Source of the DNA: Cereibacter sphaeroides 2.4.1
Lineage (GTDB): Bacteria > Pseudomonadota > Alphaproteobacteria > Rhodobacterales > Rhodobacteraceae
Assembly: GCF_000012905.2 (NCBI RefSeq)
Contig: NC_007489.1
Location: 30,001-62,000, forward strand
Direction: 5' to 3'
DNA: 32,000 nt
Shown here: positions 25,580-32,000 of the stretch, piece after piece
How positions within the stretch are numbered: the stretch's first letter is position 1
Layout of the letters: each line of letters starts with the position of its first letter
Notes under the pieces: model-generated
The model's database searches: none
What the model was told of the DNA's origin: nothing
The model's input: only the letters and a program-made list of their open reading frames with translations
Program-made: the position numbers and the translations under genes

Positions 25580-27062
25580 TTCAGCCTGAACAACGCGATC
25601 AGGCGGCGGCGATGCTACACCCGTGAAGCGGCTTCTGTCGGATCATCGCCAGTACGAGGGCGATGACGGCGGCAAGAAGAGCCCTCAGATGGGCGAGGAT
25701 CTTGCGGATGTTGTGGCCGCAGCCGCAGAGGACGGCGAAGAGGGCGTCGCCGAGGGTGCCTTTCAGGTAGCAGCGGGCAAGGCGACCGTCGGCCTTCATG
25801 TGACCGATCTCGGGCTCGATGCTGCTGCGCCGTCGGAGCGCCTTCGCCAGCGCCGGGGTCAGCCCGCGGCGGGTGCCGCTGATCAGGACCTGGGTGCCAT
25901 GGACGCCGTGACCCTTGTAGCCGCGATCGACGACAGCCCGCTCCGGCGGGTGGCCGGTGAGAATGCCGACCTGCTCCAGCGCCTCGCCGAGGGTGTGGCC
26001 GTCGTAAGGGTTCCCCGGCAGCGAGCGCGTGCCCACCACGAAGCCGCCCTTCAGCGTGGTGGCCACGCTGACCTTGGTGCCGAACTCGTAGCGCACCCGA
26101 GCCTTTCCCTTCGAGATGCAGTCGACCTCCGGCTCATGGAGCGAGTAGATCTTGCCCGGGTCCTTCGGCGCCTGGTGGAGCAGCCGCGAGACCACCACGA
26201 GCTTGTCGAGCACCCGCTCGCGCAGCGGCCCCTCGGGGATCTCGTCAAGCTGCCGCCGGATGTCCCGCATCACGCGGCCGGTATAACCCTTGAGCGTTCT
26301 CAATGCCTTGCGCATGCGCCGGAACTGTTTCGCATGCGCGTAGCGACCGACCTGCGCCGCCAGACGCGGTGCGAGACGCGCGTAGCTCTGCCGCAGCTCG
26401 ATCCCGGCGTCTCGGGCCAGATCCACCAACTGCGCCCGTGCGCGTTCGTAGAGCCGGGAGTCCGTCGGGTGCGCAATGTTCTTTTCCATGACAGCCGTAT
26501 CGATGGCGACCTCATCCAGGCTTGCGTCCTCGAGGACCCCCGACTTCCGCCCGGCCTCGATGGTCTTCGTCAGCAGCCATTCGGCACCCTCTTCTCCGAT
26601 CCGCTTCCGCCAGCGGGTCAGCGACGTGGATCGATCGGCGGCTCGTGCTGAAAGAAGGTCTCACCGGTAAAGTGCTGGTAGTACGGGTTCTCGACCCAGC
26701 GGGCGACCACCGCCTCGTCCGAGAGCCGGAACGCGTGCTGCAGATAGAGCAGCCCTGCCACGAGACGGGGCGAGGTCGCCGGACGCCCGGTCGTGGACGG
26801 GAAGAAGCCCGCCCATTCGCGCTCGAAGAACTCCCAGTCGATCAGCCCCGCCAGCGTGACCAGTTCGTGGCGCATGTCGATCATGTCGACGAGGCGCGGC
26901 CGGAAGAGGTCGTTCTGCTCGGGAGGACGGGGACGGTGCTTCATGCGGCGGGCCGAAATTGCAGGGTTACGGCTGGAATCCTATGAAATCCTGCAGGCCA
27001 TGGCGACAGAAACCTCGGGTTCTCCCCGCTGAATCAACCACTTCGCCGCTGTTCAGGCCGGA
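25580..27062 (-). mobile_element. IS5-family-like insertion sequence (1483 bp) flanked by an 8-bp direct repeat
   Basis: The imperfect terminal inverted repeats are TTCAGCCTGAACAACGCG and the reverse complement of the right end, TCCGGCCTGAACAGCGGC (13 of 18 match). CTATCAAG abuts both ends (25572-25579 and 27063-27070). Confidence 0.85.
25599..26944 (-). pseudogene. IS5-family transposase (DUF772 N-terminal domain + DDE), single frameshift
   Basis: The N-terminal ORF (26618-26944) carries LFRPRLVDMIDMRHELVTLAGLIDWEFFE...NPYYQHFTGETFFQHEPPIDP. The protein continues in another frame as SLTRWRKRIGEEGAEWLL...DTAVMEKNIAHPTDSRLY...VVDRGYKGHG...IEPEIGHMKADGRLARCYLKG. The frame break is near 26625-26632. 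Confidence 0.8.
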
Positions 27063-27451
27063 CTATCAAGAGCCGAAAGTCCCAAAACGCGGGAGATCCC
27101 CTCTACGCGTTTCTGCGGCTGTGATGGGAGGTGATGTTGGTGAATCCTCGATAACAACTACTACCGTGGTTCAGCGTAATCTGTTGAGGCGGCCTACTTC
27201 GTCGATAGCGGACAAAGCGACTAAGTGCCTGCAGGGTTGCTCAATCCTGCGCCACTTATGCTACCGCACCGCCCTTGCCTCCATGGCGGCGCCTCTGTCC
27301 TTCGCATGTCGTCGTGCCCTGCCACAGCAACGCAACTCTTGCTATCACTGCCGAAGCCTTGACGGAAGCACTGAGGCGCTGGGTCGTACCGATACCGTGC
27401 GACAAACTCACTCACGCAGCCAGTGTCGGTTAATCTCCAGGCGGTAGTTCC

Positions 27452-27486
27452 AATTTGAAACGGCGGCGCAGGTGCCTGCGCCGCCG
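27452..27486 (-). terminator. Rho-independent terminator of the mob operon
   Basis: The minus strand reads CGGCGGCGCAGG-CA-CCTGCGCCGCCG followed by TTTCAAATT, about 35 nt after the stop of CDS 27522-27875. Confidence 0.6.
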
Positions 27487-27521
27487 GGTGAGTGTGGTTC
27501 GCGGGGTCTAGTGCTTTGGGA

Positions 27522-27875
27522 TCAGTTGCCCGTAGCGGGTTTCAGAGGATCAGCCAAGCTGTTGGCCGGCCGAGCGGTGTTGGCATCAGGCGCGGGGGCC
27601 GCGTCGGAGGCACTGGGGGCGAGCTTCGGCTCAAGATAGCCAAGGTCGATCAGCTTCTTCCAGGCGATCGGGCTGAGAGACGGCGCGATCGTGTCGACGT
27701 AGAGGCGGCGGGCTTCCTCCGGGAGGCTGGGGAGGATCGCAAGCGTCGTGATCCCGATCTCCCGCTTGGCCGCCTCGTCCTGCCGCGTCACTTCGTTCGA
27801 AATTTCGATGACGAGCTTGTCCGCCTTCGCGCGTGCGGCTTCGAGCCGCTTCCTGTAGTTTTCGAGGTCTTTCAT
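27522..27875 (-). CDS. hypothetical protein downstream of the relaxase (117 aa; possible mobilization accessory protein)
   Basis: ATG at 27875 (Met 53 of the track ORF) has AGGAG upstream. The N-terminus is coiled-coil-like ([29 protein letters not shown]) and the tail is Ala/Pro-rich. It is co-oriented with the relaxase gene and 82 nt downstream of it. Confidence 0.6.
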
Positions 27876-27957
27876 TCTGTCAGTGTCTCCTTGTGCGAAC
27901 CACAGCAGGAACCTCGGTTCGCTGCGGCGCGGGCGGAAACGGCCGGGCAGAATTTTT

Positions 27958-29379
27958 TCACCTCTCATCGTCGCGACGCGTGTCCCGCGCCTCGGTTCGT
28001 TCGCGCGTGGACAGCGCCGCCTGGGCGTCATCGAACGCCTGACTGACGGTGCTCACGTGCGCGAGGATCTTGTCGCGCAGGCCCTTCGGCAGGGCCAGGA
28101 GCATGGCGTCCCGCAGCGCGCCCGCCGCGGCGGCGAGGCGGTCTGCCGCGCCGAGACGTTCCGCCACCAGGGCGTCGGCCGCGCGCAGGGCCTGCTGCCG
28201 GGTGGAGCGGAAGGCGTTCGCGAGCCGCTGGCGGATCGGCCCGGCCTTCGCCGGTGATGCCGTCATCCGGCGGTGCAGATCCGGCGCGGCCGCGGCCAGA
28301 CGCGCCAGTTCCTCTGGCTGGTCAAGCCGCTCCGGGTCGACCTGTCCGGCTCCCACGGCTTCCAGTACGGCCGCCGCGGCGTCGGTCTCCGCTTCGCGAT
28401 CGGCCACGGCGGTCTCGCGTTTGGTCAGGGTCGCAGCGCGATTTTCGAGCCAGTCTGCCTTCGACGCAAGCTGCGCATCGCTGGCGGCCAGCGTCGCCTC
28501 CTGCTCCTTCAGCTCCCGGTCCTTCCGGTCGAGCCGGTCCTGCTCTTCTTGGCGCCAGATGTGCGTGGGCTTGTGCTGCACCCACTGCGGGGCGGCCTCC
28601 ATCGCTTTGTCCCATGCGGCTTGTGCCTCGGCCTCGGATCCGCCGGCGTCCCGCACCCGCTTCCGCGCTGCTTCGGCTGCCCCTTTCGCCTCGCGCCGCG
28701 CCCTGGCCCGAGCCTCGCCGCGCCGCAGGCCGAGCGGCGCGAAGAAGGCGCCGACATCATCCTGCGCCGCCTCGTAGCTCGCGATCAGCGGGTGCGAGGT
28801 CGGCTGGATCAGCCGCTGGGTGCCGCGGCGGCCGGAGGTCTTCTCGACCCAGGGCACGATGATGGCGTGCAGATGCAGCGCGGTCTCGTCGTGGTCGGCA
28901 CGGGCCGTCACCACCATGTCGCCGAAGCGCGACGTGAGCCACTCGCAGGCGTGGGCCGTGAAGTCCGCCTCCCGCCGCTCCTTCTCGGCGGTGTCGAACA
29001 GCTTCGACGGGTCGGACGGCGTCTCGAACCAGTCCTTGTTCACCGTGAGGATCACCTCGCGGAGCGGGCCGGCCTCGGTCGCGTTCCACGGATCCTTCGG
29101 ACCCTCCTTGCCGCGCGCCAGCCACTCCTTCTTCCGCTTCAGCCGCTTCAGAGCCGCCAGTTCCTCGGCGAAGTTCTCGTCGCGGGCGGCGGCGATCTCC
29201 AGCTCCAGCCGCTCCCTCCAGTCGGCATCGCCGATCAGGTTGGGCCGGTTGAGGTACTTGCGCTCAGTGACGCAATGTTCGCTGCCACGGCCGCGGCGCT
29301 CTTCGTGCAGGACGTAGCGGGCGAGATCGGACGGGAAGAGCGCGGCGAAGCGCAGGACGACAGGGCATTTCTCGGACAC
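27958..29379 (-). CDS. MOBV-family relaxase (Pre/Mob plasmid recombination enzyme, pBBR1 Mob-like)
   Basis: It has the histidine-triad motif [19 protein letters not shown] (HxDE...HxH), the N-terminal motifs VVLRFAAL and HEERRG (compare AIMRCKKL and HAYRER in pBBR1 Mob), and LGLRRGE after the catalytic core. The C-terminal half is a long Ala/Glu/Arg coiled-coil. The start is GTG at 29379. Confidence 0.85.
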
Positions 29380-29477
29380 GGGCGGGGCTTCCGGCTGGGG
29401 AAGCCGGGAAGTGGATCCGTCGCGTCAGGCCCGGAAACGCCGGCGCAGCCGAAGTGTCGGGGCATTACTCACTAACC

Positions 29478-29515
29478 GAGTGACACTCCGGGCCTTCGGC
29501 CCTCCCGTATCACTC
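29478..29515. promoter_or_regulatory. nested inverted repeat, candidate oriT hairpin
   Basis: GAGTGA-CACTCC-GGGCC-TTC-GGCCC-TCCCGTA-TCACTC lies about 100-135 bp upstream of the relaxase start. In MOBV systems oriT lies upstream of mob (established knowledge). The nick site cannot be assigned by eye. Confidence 0.25.
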
Positions 29516-29915
29516 GCCGTTCGCCGGGGCGCTGCCCCGGACCCCGCGCCTTCCGCGGGACCGGGAAGGGGCCGCTCGCCGCACCCCTCCGGCCTCCCCC
29601 GGGCGTCCTTCCGACAGACCCGAGAGCCGTTCCTCTCCTCTCGGGGCTCTTCCGGGGAAGGAGCGCGCTTGCCGCCTCTCCCCCCACCCTCACCGGCGTC
29701 TTCCGACGGACCAGAGGCCGCGCCGCTCGCTCTGGACTGCCCGGGCGGGAAGTGGCTCGCCGCCTCCCCTGCACCCCTCAGGCCAGCTGCGCCCTTGTGG
29801 GCGCGCGGGCGATCACGGGTCCAGCGGCGCGTGTCGGGTGACGCGCCGCCGGATCCGGACGCCCGCAAGGGAGTGGGATCGGCAGTGGGGTCAAGATCCC
29901 AACCTCGGAGTCATC

Positions 29916-30491
29916 ATGCTCGACGCTTTTCCCCTTCCCTCCTCCGGACCGGTCGCTCTGCCCGCCCCGGCGTCGGACTGGCGCCAGACGCTCGCCGTCG
30001 GTGACGTCGTCGCCTTTCGGTTTCCGGTCGCCGATGTCGAAGGCGGCCTGCCGAAGACGCGCCCCTGCCTCGTCCTCGAGGTCGATACGGTCTTCGGCGA
30101 GCGGCGCGTGACGCTCGCCTACGGCACGACTGTGCCCGGCGGGCGCAACCGCGGCTACGAAGTGCGCGTCTCGGACCCGCTGGCGCTTGCAGCCGCCGGT
30201 CTGCATCGACCGACGCGCTTCGTTGCGCAGCGCCGGATCACCGTGTCGCCCGACAATCCCGGCTTCGCCGTCTGCCGGAACCTGAAGACGCCCCGGATCG
30301 GCCGTCTCGCGAAGTCCGAGATGGACCGGCTGCAGGCCGTCCGCGCGCGGCTTCACGCCGAAGCCGACATCGCCGCGGACCGGAGGGCCGAGCGTCGGCG
30401 CGAACTTGCGGATCGCCGTCCGCAGGGCGCCCGGCCGGCGCGTCCCTTCACGGTCGAGATCGTCCGCCGCCGCAAGCCCGCCACCCGCTGA
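29916..30491 (+). CDS. hypothetical protein with MazF/PemK-like core and Arg-rich C-terminal tail (191 aa)
   Basis: ATG 29916 sits 5 nt after GGAG, and the track ORF starts at GTG 29838. GDVVAFRFPVADVEGGLPKTRPCLVLE...VTLAYGTT...GYEVRV...AGLHRPTRFVAQRRITVS...IGRLAKSEMDRLQAV follows the MazF/Kid layout (GD.v.v.f.......k.RP.vVl...v.p.T.....e v.l...gL...s.v....r.i....l...iG.l....m..v). The tail is RRAERRRELADRRPQGARPARPFTVEIVRRRKP. Confidence 0.6.
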   Translation: MLDAFPLPSSGPVALPAPASDWRQTLAVGDVVAFRFPVADVEGGLPKTRPCLVLEVDTVFGERRVTLAYGTTVPGGRNRGYEVRVSDPLALAAAGLHRPTRFVAQRRITVSPDNPGFAVCRNLKTPRIGRLAKSEMDRLQAVRARLHAEADIAADRRAERRRELADRRPQGARPARPFTVEIVRRRKPATR

Positions 30492-30547
30492 ACCGACGCG
30501 CGGGCGCCCGCCTGCGTGCCCGCGCCATCCCCCAACAGGAGATCACA

Positions 30548-30982
30548 ATGGACATCCCGACCCTCATCCCGGCGCAGAACAACCACCGCGTCGTGCATTT
30601 CACCGGGAACGAACCGCCGCGCGACTTCGAGCGTCTCGAAGAAATCGCCGCCGACGGGATCGCCGCGGCCCGCGACGCGCTGGCCTTGTTGCCGCTGCTG
30701 CCGACCCACCTCTTCAACCAGCTTCACGGCGTTGCGGGCGAGCTGCTGCCGCATGTCAGCGACCGTCGCCTGCTCAACGGCCGTGCGCGGCAGCACCTGG
30801 AGGCCGTCGTCGAGGTGATAAACCGCCTGCGGCTGCAGGTGGACAGCGAGGACGAGGCGCTGTTCGGCGAGATCGGCCGAAACATCATCGCCGCCCTCGA
30901 TGCCTCGAACCGCGTGGCCGACCTTCTCGCCGCCGAGAAGGAGATCGGCTGGCTGCGCGGCATCCGCGAGCCGCAGGGCTGA
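30548..30982 (+). CDS. hypothetical protein (144 aa, predicted helical)
   Basis: ATG is preceded by AGGAG at a 7-nt spacing, with G/C-rich third positions. No family recognised. Confidence 0.6.
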   Translation: MDIPTLIPAQNNHRVVHFTGNEPPRDFERLEEIAADGIAAARDALALLPLLPTHLFNQLHGVAGELLPHVSDRRLLNGRARQHLEAVVEVINRLRLQVDSEDEALFGEIGRNIIAALDASNRVADLLAAEKEIGWLRGIREPQG

Positions 30983-31110
30983 TCGGCGCCCGCCGACCGC
31001 GCCCGAAAACCCCCGGAAAAAAATCTCGCCGCGTGTTTCCGCCCCGCGCGCGGCGAACTCACTTCCAGATCCGTCCGAAAATGGACCGCTCACACCAGAG
31101 GAAGACGTCA

Positions 31111-31263
31111 ATGTCCCGCATCATCCCCCTGCCTCCGAAACCCGCGCCCGCCCTGCATCTTGCGGCCGCCAACGAGAACCCCGGCGGCGCGACCGAAGCG
31201 ACGATCGCGCTGCGCTCGCTCGTGACCGTCATCGCCCGCGACCACGCACCCGCCTGCGCGTAG
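31111..31263 (+). CDS. hypothetical small protein (50 aa)
   Basis: ATG 31111 is preceded by GAGGA. The translation is MSRIIPLPPKPAPALHLAAANENPGGATEATIALRSLVTVIARDHAPACA. It is short and of low complexity, so the call is uncertain. Confidence 0.35.
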   Translation: MSRIIPLPPKPAPALHLAAANENPGGATEATIALRSLVTVIARDHAPACA

Positions 31264-31353
31264 GCCCTTGGCTCGCGGGCAGCCGCCCCGGCGCTGCCCG
31301 CACATTCCCCTCCGACCAAAGCTGGCCCGCGTCACGGGCCGAGAAGGACAATA

Positions 31354-32000
31354 ATGCAGCTCCTGCCTGTCTTCCCCTCTCCCGAGGGCCTGATCCCTGC
31401 CAGTCTGCGCATCACCTATTCCAGCGTCTGGCGCGTCGTCGCGATCGATGGGCGCGGTCACATGTCGACACACACCGCCGTGGCGCCCTTCTCCCGGCGC
31501 GGCTGCGAGGAGTTCTTTCAGAACCACCTCGCGCAAAACGGACAGGCCTTCATCTGCGCGAAGTCGACCCCGCTCCTCGACGTGCCGCCCTGCGCGCAGC
31601 GCCCCGAAGAGGCCCGCGCCCGCATCACGGCCCTGATCGACGCGCTCGAAGCGAGCGGCGTCCTCTGCGACCCGCTCCTCCGCAACCTGCCGGCCGGCTG
31701 GGTGAAGCCGTTCGAGATCTTCGTCCGTGACCTCCTGCGGCTTCGCGAGACGGTGAGCTTCGAGGTCGCGCTGATGCTGCAGGCCGTCCTTTTCGGCGGC
31801 GACGTCCCGCTGGTCTTCGGCCAGCCCGAGATCCGCGACTTCGTCCGCGCGATGTGGGACTGGTTTGTGGCGCAGACCCGCACGCGCTGCATTCTCACGG
31901 GTGAAGCGGCGACGCAGCTCCCGAGCGGCCGAGTCGTGGGCCGCGCGGGCGAGAAGCTGCTCAAGCGCGACCCCGCGGCGTTCCAAGCACAAGTCTACGG
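31354..32000 (+). CDS. hypothetical protein, 5' part (runs off the window)
   Basis: ATG 31354 is preceded by GAAGGA. Hand translation found no stop in frame 1 to the window end (MQLLPVFPSPEGLIPASLRITYSSVWRVVAIDGRG...FVRAMWDWFVAQTRTRCILTGEAA...). Third positions are very G/C-rich. The 294-aa minus-strand ORF 31108-31992 is its antisense shadow. Confidence 0.55.
   Translation, partial: MQLLPVFPSPEGLIPASLRITYSSVWRVVAIDGRGHMSTHTAVAPFSRRGCEEFFQNHLAQNGQAFICAKSTPLLDVPPCAQRPEEARARITALIDALEASGVLCDPLLRNLPAGWVKPFEIFVRDLLRLRETVSFEVALMLQAVLFGGDVPLVFGQPEIRDFVRAMWDWFVAQTRTRCILTGEAATQLPSGRVVGRAGEKLLKRDPAAFQAQVY

Noticed and set aside
25623-26651. A 342-aa plus-strand ORF lies inside the IS5-family element.
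   Set aside because: It is antisense to the recognisable transposase frame, and I recognised no motifs in it.
27440-27447. GGCGGTAG, the core of the ops/JUMPStart antitermination element, occurs near the upstream end of the polysaccharide module.
   Set aside because: It is on the plus strand, while the glycan operon is on the minus strand. It also lies beyond the IS5 insertion and next to the mob terminator, so it is most likely a chance 8-mer.
26959-27447. A 162-aa plus-strand ORF starts inside the IS5 element and runs into the flanking AT-richer DNA.
   Set aside because: It crosses the IS boundary at 27062, has odd composition (Cys/Arg/Ser-rich), and lacks both a Shine-Dalgarno sequence and any motif.
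28049-29475. Plus-strand ORFs (242, 202, 400 and 165 aa) and minus-strand out-of-frame ORFs lie across the relaxase gene.
   Set aside because: They are Ala/Arg/Ser/Pro-rich shadow frames. The relaxase frame carries the HxDE...HxH motif.
29411-30004. ORFs of 197 aa (+), 147 aa (-) and 100 aa (-) lie in the spacer upstream of the relaxase.
   Set aside because: They are extremely Pro/Gly/Arg/Ser-rich on both strands and lack Shine-Dalgarno sequences. The region is better explained as repeat-rich non-coding DNA.
31108-31992. A 294-aa minus-strand ORF lies at the right end.
   Set aside because: It is antisense to the plus-strand frame that opens at ATG 31354 with a Shine-Dalgarno sequence and has the stronger G/C third-position bias. 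The minus-frame product is Arg/Gly/Asp-rich.

Overview
This is 32 kb of GC-rich bacterial DNA that reads like a plasmid or mobilizable island rather than core chromosome. All family calls come from motif recognition by eye, not from database searches.

Contents, left to right:
- The tail of an unknown CDS and a 302-aa hypothetical protein (possible degenerate Toprim module).
- A vapBC pair (AbrB-type antitoxin, PIN toxin).
- A strip of gene debris: an MBL-fold N-terminal fragment and an internally deleted 52-aa SDR relic that is translationally coupled to the next gene.
- An 878-aa P-type cation ATPase.
- An Hsp20 C-terminal relic with an intact terminator.
- A 676-aa TPR + GT41 (OGT/SPINDLY-like) glycosyltransferase, divergent from an Xre(DUF2384)/RES toxin-antitoxin pair.
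- About 1.3 kb holding only one small ORF.
- An acyltransferase-3 gene bracketed by two ~97-nt direct repeats.
- A glycine-zipper lipoprotein.
- A high-GC wza-wzb-wzc export/tyrosine-kinase operon.
- A 1.4-kb stretch of IS debris.
- A visibly lower-GC Wzx/Wzy glycan module: WcaF-like acetyltransferase, GT4, Wzy, a second LbH acetyltransferase, Wzx and a SAM methyltransferase. It is interrupted by a decayed IS630 copy and capped by a frameshifted IS5-family copy.
- A MOBV (pBBR1 Mob/Pre-like) relaxase module with a terminator and a 535-bp repeat-rich spacer (candidate oriT).
- A divergent operon of four unknown genes whose first product looks MazF/PemK-like.

No rRNA, tRNA or CRISPR array was seen.

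Most worth following up:
- The repeat pair, whose substitutions preserve a hairpin through wobble pairs.
- The orphan PemK-like operon beside the relaxase.
- The mosaic, apparently incomplete glycan locus.
- The TPR-GT41 / Xre-RES junction.
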